Assembly (NCBI RefSeq): GCF_964204865.1
Contig: NC_135254.1
Span: forward strand, 23,684,001 to 23,748,000
DNA length: 64,000 nucleotides
Reading direction: 5' to 3'
Source of the DNA: Styela clava
Taxonomy: Eukaryota
Made by a program: the position numbers and the translations under genes. Positions 40,101 to 55,100 of this stretch are shown in pieces. The notes under the pieces are model-generated. The model was not told the origin of the DNA. It was given only the letters and a program-made list of their open reading frames with translations, and made no database searches. Numbering within the stretch: the first letter of the stretch is position 1; every line of letters starts with the position of its first letter.

Positions 40101-43100
40101 TCATGGAAACGCTGACACTACTTCTGTCACATTTACTTATGATATGGAAATTTCTTCATTTTCACCAGTGGAAGGTGACTGCAAATGTGGTTTTGTATTT
40201 AACACAATCCAATGTATTCAAGTATCGTATATCTTCTGCGTATCAAAAAATATTATGCTCTAACTGTTAATAACTGCAAACATTAGAAATATGCTCTCAA
40301 AGCAACAACTATGTCTGTTTTTTTTTTTAAATTATACTAATTTATTCAATTTTAGGAAGTTACGGTGGAGGAAATACAATTACAATTACTGGATCTGGAT
40401 TCTCTTCTGATGCAACCGTACATGTTGGATACAGTATATGTGAGGTTGATAGTGTTGTATATGGAAGTATATCTTGTACTTTAGAAGAGAGTAAGTTGAC
40501 TTAAATATTGTTTTGTTTTGTGAATAGTTTATATGTAATTATTATACAATCAATGAAGGTTGTATTGTATTAAATTTATGTTTGTGACATGACAAAGTTG
40601 ATATATGCAGTGTTATAATATCGTTAAAGTGATGTTTTATCAGTTTTATCAAACTAAGTTACCGATAACTTGCCACAGCATATGACAAGACACTTTTATA
40701 TTTATAGAGTATGGCAAAAATCTGTTACACTTATTCTTATTTATATGCAATCATATATCCCATAAAGCTTCTGCTAATATTGTATGAAAGTATAAAATTA
40801 TTATTACTATTGTAGCCCCATCACTTGTTGCCAGAGATGATGCAATCGAAAGTTTTGAAGTACTTCTAAATAGCTTTGATATCACTGTATTTGATTCTCT
40901 TCCACGAGATGACTATCAAGTGATTGGACAATATGCCTCGGATTGTATTGTGAGTCAGCAAATATTTTTAATGTGAACAATTAGGAAACAGTGTTCTAGA
41001 AATTGTAATAGTAAAATTGTTAATTGAATTGTAATTGTTGTTAGAGATGATTGCGTGTTCTTAAAAATTGGTTTTTGCTCTTGTGATATATTACAGACTC
41101 GTACATCTCCCAGATCCATGAGTAATTGAGAATCTCTTGTTTACCAGTTCTAGTAAACTTTTTTAAAATCCAACTTTTTTATTAGTAAATATTGTATTGA
41201 ATGACTAAACAAATTTAGGTTTATTGGAAGTTTATAATTATTTTTATATTAAATTAAATCGTCAGAGAGCCAATGAAGTTTTCTAATTTTTACTAGTCTC
41301 TATTGATATATTTTCAATTGATGAGGTAATTCAATATCAGAATCATTAACAATAATTTTTGAAATTTTGTTCTCAGAATTGTGATACATTGATTTCAAAT
41401 TTGCCAACGTATAGAATAGGAAACGGAGATGCATTGGTGAATCCTGTCAGTTACAATCAAATAATGACTAATGGTGCAGCTCAAATTTCTGTATGGGAGC
41501 CAGTACCCCCATCAGATAGTAAGAATATAAATTGTATTGTTTAAATGGTCTCGTTAAAGAGTCAAATGATATTAAATGGTAAAATAAATAATAGGTAAAT
41601 ATGAAGTCAAAGAATATGTTAGTTATAAATGAAAAATAATTTTTATTACCGGTTCATTAATTTAATTGCAATGTATGTATTCCAGTTTACGACACAATCC
41701 TATTGATATCTAAAAATATTTTTCCTATTTCAGTACTTGTCCAATAAGAATTAATAATGAAGCCACTGTAACTTTGTAAAACTGTATCTAAACAAGATTT
41801 AACAGTTCATTCTACTTTTGTTCGAGTTTTTATTGTGGTATGTCATGTATCATTTCAGGTTATGTATGTTTGGGAAGTTTCATTGTGACTGGTACGTCCC
41901 CTCCCGAACTGGATGCAACCGCTTGCATTCATTATATGTTAGTTGAAGAAAGCACGCCGACACTTGAGCTTGATGCAACAACACTTTATATATGGAGTAT
42001 TACAGATAGTCCTTTTGTTTTGTACACTGCTTCATCTACTCCTCCAACTGTCTATAAACTAAAAGGTACTGCTATCATACTTGCTTGCAAAGCTTATGGG
42101 TGCAGCAAATCGCTGCTTTTCATGTAATACTATACATCTGGTGGAAAAGATTATGCACTGTCTTACATTTGTTATTGTATTATTTCTATGGCGTGCCAAT
42201 CATATTCCTAAACGCAAAGATTTTGTAAAGAGATAATATACATTCTGCATCAAGACAAACATTATTCTTTTTGTGCTTATATTTTAAAACATTTTTGATA
42301 CTCTATATCAGGGGTCACCAAACTTTTTTGACCGCAGGCCGGGTTTGACTCAAACTGTGTTGAAACGGGCCGGACAAATATTTTTGTCAATGCAATACAA
42401 TAAATTCACAAATGTTTGGAAATCCATTCAATTTATTCAACAATAAATATAATCTACATTTCTGAAGACTTGAATATTTAGTTCTATCTCTATCGCAGAA
42501 TATATAAGTATACTAAGTATATTTTGATTTTCCAGCAAAAAAATCATACACAAAACATAAACAATGAACACACAGAAAATTGGGAAAATCGGGGAAACCT
42601 GAAAAACCTTTATAAAGGTTTAATAGATCGAGAACATCCTAGTAAAACAATTATACAAGATTTCTATATCTATTCAACTATCCTGAGTTTAGCTGTTAGC
42701 AAAACATTGCTGTCATAAATTAGGAATGTTGAAAAACCCACTTTTTCGCGCCAAAAATATGTACGCATCACGTCTGCTATTTACCGTTACGCCGCGTTGG
42801 AATACCGCTCATATAAACGACTACGGACTGCCTGCGGTACCTTGGAATTCCATGAAATTTTGACATAATTTAGATAAAATAAACAACTATTATCTGGTTT
42901 TTGATTTTTTTCATTAGCGCATGAATTTCAAGTTACCGGTATACGTAGTGCAAATTTTGATATTGTCTATGGACACCAATAAAATTTATGTGAACTGTGT
43001 ATTTCCTTCCTAACTTGATACTTTTTATGAAGTTTGTTCTATCAGAACATCTTTAATTATTACCCACAATGAACCACTGTCAAACTAACATGCACAACTC

Positions 43101-46100
43101 CAGCGTTTATTTGCGACGATAAAATCCTGAAATAGTCTCAATATTCCCTAGATGTGACGCAGATCGAAAGATTAGAGATGTGTTCTTTTTTCATATTTAT
43201 TACAGTTATTATCCAAAAAGTAATACGATCCTTATGAAAAAAATGGCATGTCGGGCGGTACTAAAATTCCGATATCTTCGTTGTTTCTAGACCGTTTTTA
43301 AAAAACTTGTCTTCTTATTTTCACTCAGATCTATCCACTGGCGCAGTTTTTATTTAAATCGGATGAACTTTAATTTGTTTGTAACATACCCACATGAATA
43401 TCCGCACTTAGGCAAAACAAATGTTAGTCTGAAATTGCAGCAGTATGCGAGGAATCACAGTACTGTTAGCGCAACATGCACATTCGAGGTTCATTTCAGC
43501 ACAAGAAACGTAAACAGTTTCGTCGAAAGCACGCGCCACAAGTATACGAGTGCACCTTTCGCGGAAAACGTTTCGCACCGGTAGATAATTTTAGTCTATT
43601 TTGTCACAGCTATTTCTAGACTTATTTTTCATTACTACTATTAAAACTACAACTCTTAAGGAGGCAAATGATGATTTACTTATTTGATTCATACTTAAAT
43701 TTTCCTAACGCAACCAAAAACTAACGAATAGCATTCAAAATCGCAAAAATGAACTACTGTTTACAACCAAGACTAAAAATTCAAGGTGACAAAAGTGTCT
43801 GAGCGGATGCGAAAAGACATATTATTATGTCACTTTTTTGCATCTTGCTGATTGGCCCTTAATATCAAATGAATAAGGAAGACAATGCTCGGGAAAATTG
43901 CCATTGGAAAAAAATTTTGCCTTTTTTGTGTGTTATTGCGGGCCGGATAAAATTACGCCGCGGGCCGTTGTTTGGTGACCCCTGCTCTATATCTTCCCCT
44001 CTTCTTTATATCGTCTATGGCATGATATGGAATTTTATCTATTATATGAAACAATTTTAAACCACAAAATCGATAAATTGACCACATAGTTACTTTATTA
44101 GTTTTTGATTTTAACTTTTATCAAATCTATATTATGTTCAATGAAATTGATTTATCAGTATCATTTACTGAAGCTCATTGATGAGGAATTAGTTTAAAAT
44201 GAGTTCAATTTATTCAATCGAAACATTTTTTAAATACCTGCATATTTAAATACCCTTATTTTGGAGTTTTTTTTAAATAAATTAATATTTTTCTTGTTAT
44301 TATAAATGTTTTCTGCCGTTTTCATCTGTTTAATACAATAGTTTACATTCTTTTATTTAAAATTTCAAGATATGTCACAAGCTATGTCAAATATGCAATA
44401 CCCCATAACAATTGACAATGATGGGACTGAAGTTATGTCTGCAACAAATTTCACTTTCAAATCTGCATTAACTCCTGTTGTAACAAGTGTGACACCTACA
44501 CGGGGTGGGACAGGAGGAGGAACTCCAATCACCATTACTGGAACTGGTTTCAGTGTAGATACTGCAGATGTAAGTTGGAGTAAAACTTTGAATTCTAAAT
44601 ATCCATGGTGTATAATTGAGACATAGAATGGAATAAACTTATAAACTTAAAAACCCACTCAAATAGTGGAAAACCTTACTCAAATTGTTATTTTCAGCTA
44701 TTTATAAATGATTTAGGATCTTCACCACAGAAAACTGTGAAAAATTGGCATATTACAATGCAATCTTCTTAAAATAGGTTTGTAAGATGTAAAGTTGCTG
44801 AAATAACATTAATATAAATTTTGGACTAATCTGTACACAAATAAACTATTTGTGGCATCAAAAATTAGGTATCCCTCTCAAAGTTCGAATTTTCCTATTT
44901 ATCCTAAAATATTAAATCAGTTCTATTTATGAATGCAGAATTTGTGGAAATATTTATGTCACTTATGAAGTTCAAACTAATTCATTTCAACCAATACTTA
45001 AAATTCGTTTCAGGTTTCTGTCACTATTGGTGGAGTCGTATGTGATGTGACATCTACTTCACTGACAACAATTGAATGTACAACCAATTCTAGGAATGGC
45101 TCCATAGAAACTGCAGTTATTGTAAATATCGCTGGCAAGGGTCAGTCACTGGATATAGGAGCCAAGTTTTACTACATTGGTAAGATAGCAATAACAACAT
45201 ATCACTAGATTGTCTGGATATATCGCCACTATTGTAACAACTCGAGGTAGAAACTCGATCAAACTTGAAATATTTATGAGATCTGATAGATACAAAAAAT
45301 CAATTTATCAATTTAATGCCTTAAAATCTTATTTGAATTTAAGCAATGACATTTTATCACAAAGAAAGCAGCTAATGATTGTAGGGTGCACTTATTAGAG
45401 GCATTGTTGATAGTATTATGTTAAAATGTCAAGGCAATCAGCTTTTTTATGATTTTCATTGAATAAAACAGGGTGACCCAAAAATACATAACCCATACAT
45501 TTTGTTAGATATTTGTACAAACCCTGGAACATGTATAATAGTACCCCAAAGTTTTATTAATTGAGGACGCTTCGCACAGAAGTAATGTTTTTTTTAGAAT
45601 ATTTTACAAACGTCCTGGCTCCTGCGTTTTTCTTTTAGGTCACCCTGTATATTTGATATCGTTTTTTTTTATCAATTTATATTTTAAATATCTTATATAA
45701 TATTTTGTTTCTTTAGATCTTTGGTCATCAATTTGGACATGGGGTGGAAGAGGAATACCTGGTGATGATACTTTTATTGTCATACCTGCTGGTATGGAAA
45801 TCATGATTGACGAGAACACTGCCATTCTAAAGATGCTTTTAATTCAAGGAGGAAAAGTATTTTTTGATGAAGCAGATATCGAACTCAATGCAAAGAATAT
45901 ACTTATTACAGATGGAGGAGTTTTGCAGGTACTTTGACTGACATTGTGCACAAATACTGTTTACAAACATGGAAAAATCTTAACCAATCATTAGTCGCTG
46001 ACATTTATTTGGGTAGGATTCATCTTCAGATAAATAGAAATAAAAATGGGGCCAGCCAGGTACTGATTAAAATAAATTATAGCAAGTATTTTCTTCATAG

Positions 46101-49100
46101 ACTTCAAGCTTCAGTCAGTGCTTTTATCTAAATACTTAAAACCATGGAGAATTTTAAAATCATATAAACTTCGAATTCAGTACTTCATATATTAATGTAT
46201 AATTCTCCTGATTATTTTATGTAATATCAGTAGATTGATATTTCTGTTTATCTAGATCAGTAGTATAATGTGACTATAGTAATAAAACAAATTTCTAAAG
46301 TTTTGCTAATTTAAATTTAGCTAGTTGCATCAATAGATCTCCAACTACTCAGTTATTATCAAATAATTTTCATATACGAAATTAATCAAACAAATATAAA
46401 AATTATTGGACAATGAAATTTTGTATTTGCTTGCTGCCATAAGGAACTTGATATATAACGATGAAATGACTATTTTATCAGTAAATATTGTCTAGTACAA
46501 AAAATGTATTCAATTAGTGACAATCAATGACCCGACTTAAAACTAAACTAATATTTACTTTTGTAATATCAGGTTGGCACTGAAGATGAACCATTTCAAC
46601 ATAAAGCAATCATAACTCTTCATGGACATTTGAGATCAATTGAGCTTCCAATCTATGGTACAAAGACAATTGCAGTTCGAGATGGAATGTTAGATTTGCA
46701 TGGAAAATATGTCCCTGTGACCTGGACTTATTTAAGTGCAACTGCCAATGCTGGAACAAATGTAATCACAGTCGATAATCCTGTTACATGGGAAGCAGGA
46801 GATGAAATTGTTATTGCAAGTACAGGTATAAAAATTTGTAATAACATCCCATCTCATTATTAAAAGTTAGTTGGAATAGTCTTGTGAATATTAAGATTGA
46901 ATAAATTACAAAGAGACCAACCAGATGACAGAAATCAAATGGATAATAAAACTTAGAATATAGAAGATAAATGTATGAAAGGTTCATTTGTATCCTAACA
47001 TCAACATGATTTGCAATTAGAATACTCATTATATCATGAAAGTCTTCCAGCATTATATTTTTTTCATGAGAGAATTGCAGAGATATGGTAGTGTCCATAC
47101 TAGCTTTGCCGAATATTTGCCCAAAATAAAAATAAAATTGACTTGGGTATTTTAGGAGAAAAGACTTTCATGAAATACATGCAATTTGGTCATCTTGTTG
47201 CTTCAATAATTCGAATGAGCTTAAGTTCTTCAAAATTTATGAAATCAACTGTAAAATCTGGAGGACAGTTATTGAATTCATACACACATGCCTATTTTGT
47301 TGGGAAAGTTCAAGATGGAGTTATAAGACTTGTTTCATTTTAATAACCATATTATCTATGTATGACTTTTGTTTAGGTCATCGCCACAGTCAAGAAGAAA
47401 ATGAAAAACACACCATTTTGTCTGTAGCTGGTGATCAAGTTACTATTACTTTGGAAACTGCATTGGAATTTGACCATTTAGGTGTTGTAGAAACTATGCC
47501 AGGTAAGCTGCCAGTCTCAATACATTTTTATACATACCGTACATTTTTATTTCACAATCATTAACTAGTACTATGTGATGAATCATTTCACATTCCTAAA
47601 CTCACCGAGTAAAGTGATAAACTTTGGTTTGCAGCAAAGCCTTGTTATCAAGTGTTATTCTGAATTGCTGTTATCAGTTCATTGGTAACATGAGTTTTTT
47701 GTATGAATTATTTCTAAATAAAAAAATACTTCTGAATAAAAGTGATATCTTCAAGATATATTTATATCCACACATTGCAGTAATTTATTTCTCTTTTTGG
47801 GTTGATAAAAACTTGATTAATCTTTAACATAAACCCATATGTCAACTTTGCATATTACCCAGTACTTTTTATGCAGATGGAACTGTTTTAAAATCAAGAG
47901 CTGAAGTTGGGCTTCTCACCCATAATGTTCTTGTTCGTGGGTCTAGAAACATGGACTGGTCTGAAGACATTCCTGCTTGTCCAGAAGGATTTAACACTGG
48001 AGAATTTGCCCAACAAACATGCTTTCAGGTATTTTCCATCCATTAAGATTATCTTGTTTAGTTAAAATATTGTAAAGCGTATTTATGAACTGTATTTTAA
48101 TATAGGAACAATACTTGAAAAATATATAAACCTGCAGCAATGTGTACTTGTGGTTCTATACTCCAGATAATTTTTATTCATACCAACTCTGCATTTTTAC
48201 AGGGTCGTTTTGGGGAAGAAATGGGATCAGATCAATTTGGTGGACAAATTATGTTTCATCATCCTAGTCCAGATGAGCAGAAAGCCTTCGGCAGAATTTC
48301 CTATGTAGAACTTAATTATATGGGCCAAGCATTCAGACTAGGACGTTATGCGATTCATTATCATTTAATGGGAGACATGAACTATAAAAATTATGTCAGA
48401 GGATGTGGCATTCACGAAACTTTTAACAGGTGTATATTATGGTTATCAGAAAAAACTATTTCAGTATCTACAGCAGTATAACAAAAAAATAACTTTCCTA
48501 TTTGTTATATTGTAGTCTGTGCTGTGAGTTGGTCGAAATTGACTATATGTTTACAATAATATTATATCATACAGTGTCATTAACTGTTGTTATGCAAGTT
48601 TTTCTGAATCTCAATGATGGACGTAAGTCAAATAATTTTATTTTTGTAACTTTTAGCATATTGCTCCTTATGTTAAAAACATGTCATATTTGTTTTTACT
48701 CATCAATAATATTTTGAAAAGATTATGTTTCATTGTAGTGAAGGCATTTTCATATTTAAAATTCATGTTCCAGGGCTGTTACAATCCACGATACTCACAA
48801 AGCATTGGTAGAGAAAAATGTTATATTCAATTCGATGGGAGGAACAATCTTTATCGAGGATGGTTTAGAAACAAAAAATAAAATTATAGGAAATCTGGTT
48901 GTATTCTGTAGACAAAGTACTTCATTACAAAATGATGACGTTACACCAGCAGCATTTTGGATCACAAATGCTGATAACATTGTTGAAGACAATGCAGCAG
49001 CTGGTATAAAATTAATCAACTACAATTATTCTGAATTCTTAATGGAAATTTGATTTCTTTTAAATTTAAATAATTTAGATTTATATTGTAATCTTCAACT

Positions 49101-52100
49101 CACTAAGTAACAAGATATAGACTATTGAACGAGATGTTGTAGTTTTCCCTATACTTGGACGGTCTCATCAGCTTCCCTCTCTATGTGATAAATATTTAAA
49201 AAAAATAATAATAATGAAAAGAATTATGTCTGTGTGGTCTGAAATAATCAAATTGGTTATGTGGTCATTCAGATACTCTACTTTTTCAGTGAAAATGTTT
49301 TTTGAAATCATTCAATATCTCTCCATTATTTCAAATAGGTCTTGAATCAACATTTTAATTGATCCTCACTCGTATTATTTACAGGCGGAACTCATTTTGG
49401 TTATTGGTTTAGAATGCACAAGCATCCAAGTGGTCCATCACATACAACATCTATTTGTCCAAGAAAAGTAGCACTGGGTTCTTTTTCTAATAACACTGCT
49501 CACTCCCAAGGATGGTTTGGAGTTTGGATATTTCAGGTATTACATAGCCTTGTGTCAGAGTTCAACACATCCATATCACCCTCATGTATAATCTTATCCA
49601 AATGTCATTTTATTTGTAGGAGTTCACTCCAAAATCTGGATCTTGTTGCTGGTGTGATCAAAATGAAATAGCAGTGCTGACAGGACTGGAAGTTTGGAAT
49701 TGTGAGAAAGGAGCGGAGTTTGTACAAACTGGTTCCGTTAAAATCAGAGATTCAAAATTTTATAACAATGACAAGGTACCGAAGAAAAACTAAAACATAT
49801 CAAAAAAAAAAATGTAATATAAATTAGTATAAAAGTAATTTTAATGATGCATACCTGGAACATTTTTAAACAGAAAGACAACTTGGAGAAAAGGGAATAT
49901 GTATGAAGACCACTGAATAAATAAAATTGTCCTAGTTTAGCAAAACACGATGAATATAATTGATGGAAATATTACTATTAATTTAGATATGTGGTCCAGT
50001 TATTGAAAATTGTTTTTTTAAATCTTACTGAGAAGTACTGTTTGAGAAGTACGAAGAATCTATTTTGAACAAAATTCAAACTTTAAAATGTCTGATAAAT
50101 ATGGATTTAGAATATTGATAATCCATTACATAAAGCCATTCAATTGACCCTATTTAATGTCTATTAAATTTTTCAATGTTATTTAATAATAAACTTTTTA
50201 AATGACTACATTGTTTTGAAAATTGTGTCAACTCTTCAACAATTAAAATATATTACTTGCATTGTTTCTATATAATATCCATTTCACTGCATATGACATT
50301 ATTTCAAATGAATTTTATATTAAAAATTATGAATTATTTTTCTGCTACTAATACTACTATCAAATATATCAGATATATTAATTTAAACATGTTATTATTT
50401 CAGGCGGGAGTTGAAGTTAAAATGATGAAACCTTTGGTATGGGGAGAGACTGGACTGGAGAATTCAGTCATTGTTGGTCATACTTCTGTTTCTGGAGCAA
50501 GTAATTATTGATTTCATTGCATTAATATCGTTCCACCACATAAAAGTGGTAATAAATATTATATATATATCTTGTAAATATAATTTTTATTGTGTTTCAT
50601 TAAAGCATGAAGATATTTATTAATAGTATATTGTTTTTTATAAATGTTTGGGTAAGACAATTTATACTTCAGAATGAATTTTGGAAAACTCCAATATTTA
50701 AATACCAATTATAATTAATAAAAACAATGCTTTCAGTTAATCAGATGACTTCAGCCATTGTTTTGCCTTATTCTGATGGTTGGATGACTGAAAATGTTAC
50801 CTTTATCAATTTTGATCGTCCTGGTGGGGCAGTTCTTTCCACCACACAAATTGATGGAACATGCGCTGGTAATTGTGGGGGATTCCACTCCAGATTCAAG
50901 GGAATTAAACATCATAACACAGCTAACCTTGGAATATTTAGGTCAGTTATATATATCGATATTTAAAAATTAAGATTGATTAAACTAATTCATGTTAATA
51001 ATAGAGATGACTACCAAGTTATTGCATCCTTAATAGACAAATGATATGGTGCAACTGCTGAATGGAAGGAAGCATTTGGATGATACCATCCACAATCGTT
51101 TGCTGTGATCACATACCATATATTGATAATAACAGAATTGTAGAAGTTATTTCCAATTATTATTTGCAACACTTGAATGCATAGACAGGAGTTCAAAACA
51201 ACGAGTCTGGTACCAAAATTGATTTAATTTTAAAAGTAAGGCTAAGTTTTAAGACTGAATGTCTGTGCTCAAAAATAAGTGCAGTCATATAGCAACATTA
51301 TTCCTTGTGTGCCATCTTTCAAATATTTAAAATAAAAGCAATCCACCATACCAAGGCACAAATCAAACACAAGAATTGTGTGTGGTTACATCCTTTTTTT
51401 TCTATTCTGCAATGTTGTCATACATTTGTTACAATGTATGAATAGTAGTTATGTTATATCTTAATCTTTTATTATTATTCATAAAATAACATATTCAGAT
51501 GGGAACATGAAAATTACATTGAAGATATGGATGGAAGTTTAACAAAAACTGGGAATCCTTCAACAGTAATTGCGAAAACAGATACTGCTCCACCTTCTTG
51601 TATTGAAAAAACAGAATGGAGTGTTCGTTTCCCAGGTAAAAAGCAGGGACAAACTGAAATTTTTTATGTATTCTTCATATTTTAAACAATGAAATTGACA
51701 AAACCCATTATTAATTTCAATTAGCCAGTTATTAGCTTCAACATTTAATTTTAATCCAGATTTGGAGTGAAATACGAAAATGTAATTCAAATGTTAGTTG
51801 TCATGCTATGCAGCTATCAAGATTTCTCTGTCTATTATTCATATTTTACTTTTTGTTATTCACAATAAAATTAGTTTAACAATTGTGAGGCAGATTGTAC
51901 ATTTTAAAGAAGTTTTCCTTTATTATTCATCAAACAGGAATGGTTTGTCCTGAAATGAGACTTCATAGAATTGCATGGAACAATGCAAAACCAACATCCC
52001 TTGATGGCTCACTTGTGAATTTGACAAATCAATATGGAAGAACTCAAGTACCATTTGAGTATGTATTATTTCATCCATGACTGTATGACAAATTCAATTA

Positions 52101-55100
52101 CAATTTGTTGTGGAAACATAAAAAAGAATCAGTTCAGTCGCAAGTGTAAATACTATTTCTTGTTTCAGACAGAAGAGAATGACTCATAAACCAGGATGGA
52201 TGGCTCTTCTATTTGACGGAGAAGAATATGAATGGACTTACAATCATTTGCCAAAAATGGCTAATGTAACATATGATGCATCATACTATAATTATCAGGT
52301 AATAGTCATAACTACTATCACAGTGAATATTAAGTATTGTTGGTTCTGAACAATGTCTACCTAACTTGTGATCTTCTTCTTACCTATACTCATATATATA
52401 TTGCATCCCCAATTTCCTCTCCCCGGGATAAATAAGTGAATACATCCTAACCTTCAATTGAATGATATCATAGATATCACTGTGAGATAGCCAGCCCTAT
52501 AATATGATTCAGTGATTTCTATTGCTTTAATCAATATATAAAAAAAATTACCAAAATATTACACACTCTTTTTCTAATTTTATTTTTAAATTTGATATTA
52601 TTCTATGTCAATATTCTTATTTCTACTTAGCCCAATGATTGCAATATTATGAGGCATCAATTTACTCAAACACCAGATATGTTTTTGGTTGCAAAAGGCC
52701 AATTAAAAAACAACAGTCTAGCTCCATTGGATTGTTCTTCTAATGAGCATGGGGATTATTACTTCAATGATGCTACAAAGTTGATGGAATATATTGGTAA
52801 CTTTATTTGTGATTAATCAAATACTAACTTAATTTTATAGTTGGTGATCTGTTAGGAGAAATAGTGTGTTATCATGTTATTCTGATTGACAATAGTATAT
52901 CATATTTTTTACATTGAAAAATGCCTATTTTCAATTCAATTTCAATATATTTTAAGTTTCTAACATGTATATTTGTGCAGAATTGTGATAAATGTCTCGT
53001 CAATAAAATAGTATTACAGATGAATTTTGGAGGCACAGTGAATATCATTTTATTGTTTTGATGTATATATATTATAATAGTACGTGGTGACAATCCGATT
53101 CTGAGAAGAAAAAGAGCTCTGGATACTGGAGATTATTGGGCTGACCCCACTGCTCTTAATAGAGATATTCATATGAATACATTTAGATGTTATTTTGCAG
53201 TAAGTTCATTTTTCTTCATGCTGTATATAAGTAGATTTTAAGACAGAGTGTAGGGATTTCAAGAATTCAAATTGTTCAAATTATCACTTTGAACCTGCTG
53301 CACATGCAGTATTACCCTTTAACCCCAAAAGTGTAATTGACTCAATACATATCACATATTACTCCTGCCATGATGGATAGATATTTGAAAAAAAGGCTGA
53401 AGCTAGGAGTGAAACTGTTGAAAAAAGTAGTCTTTTTGTCTTTACTTTTTTTTTTCTAACTTTCTAGAATAAAAAATTTGTTCCCATTGAAACAAGCCCA
53501 GATACCACTTTAAATTTCATTGCTATTTCTAGCTATATTGCTATTTCTACAACCTTATAATCTTGGATAATTCTCATTCATATGTACAGAAATCCATAGC
53601 ATAGTAGTTAAAAAATAGTTAAAAAATATTTTCCTTGTGATTTATTTCTTTGTACCTCTAATTTAGAATTTGTTTTGTCTTTGTTGCAGGACTGTATTCC
53701 ACCACCAGATCCAAATACAATTCCACCTGCAAGAGAGAGACCTGACGATTTTGTTTGGTGGTCAGACACTTCAATATGGGAAGACAATGTGTTGCCAACA
53801 GATAATACAGACGTTACTATTGAATCTGGTAAAGCTTACTAGTAGCATTAAATTTTTTAAAAGCTAGCCAATCCGGTACTAATACCAATGTGAAACATTG
53901 TTATATTTAAAAGGTATGTCAACTAATTTGTAAAAAGTACCAATTGTTAACAGGCTATGATGACGATCACAGACTTTATGTTTTAGCATATAGCATGTGT
54001 GATTGTTTACTATCCAATGAATTTCATGAAGGTTTGCTTTAAACCAGTGGTTTCCAACTCGACACATTTTATTGTACAATGCACAAAGATTGGTGTGAAA
54101 GGTTGTCGATAAGAACTGTTGGTATTCGACGAGATTAAATCTGTTAACGATTCTTTGTTTACAAAATTATTTTTTCATCTTAGGTGACTGGGTTGTAGCC
54201 GATATTGATTTGCCAATATTCAATACGCTCTGGTTGGAAGGAGTTTTAGAATTACAATGGGAACCCACTGAATCAGGCGATTATAAGAATTTTACCATTC
54301 AAGCAACTTACATATTCATACGAGTGAGTTTTTAATATACAAAGCATATTGTACATGCTTCATGTATTATATCGTCTTATGCAATTCAGTTTCATGTGTG
54401 GCCGTAAAGTTTCAGAATGCATGCTCTTTGTTAAAATAATTATAGCTGATATATTTTTTATATTTATTTTTTGTTCTTTAATTATCCAGGGCGGAAGATT
54501 AATCATTGGTTGGGAAGACAATCTTTTCAGAGGATTAGCAAATATAATATTGACTGGAGACAGAGATACAGAAGACTTTGCGATTGTCCAAGGAGTTAAC
54601 ATGGGAGCCAAAGCTATTGGTATTAAGAAATAAATATATTTATATACTAAATTGAAAGGTTGTGCTTTCATTTTGGAGTTGGCCGGAAGTTTCTGAAAAT
54701 ATTGTATTATCATGAACCACAATGTCATTAATGTACTCAATTGTAATATGTTTAATTAGGATTTCCTTTAAGCAATTGAATAATTTATGTAGTGTATAAT
54801 GTTGTTTCATCATTATTTCACTGCAAGATGCATTATATTTGATCAATAATACAACCACATAATTTTTTTTACTGTTATAGGAGTGTTTGGTGGGCTAGAT
54901 ATGCATGGTATAAAAACAACAACATCTTGGACATCTTTATCTCAGTCAGTTTCTGCTGGATCATCTACTATTGTACTCTCGAAAGCAGTAGACTGGAAAG
55001 TTGGTCAGTGGAAGAACATAATGAAAAATAAAATACCTATATATTTTCATTACATTCATTTATTTTATTATTTTACTTTTAATATTTGATTGTTAGGTAA

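Noticed and set aside
26677-43984. hAT elements near the two cassettes as the agents that delivered them
   Set aside because: Each element is self-contained with its own TSD and none encloses the cassette exons. Such elements are common throughout the gene.
11280-54740. Minus-strand ORFs overlapping fibrocystin-L exons (e.g. 11280-11600, 22747-23106, 54360-54740)
   Set aside because: They are antisense shadows of plus-strand coding exons.
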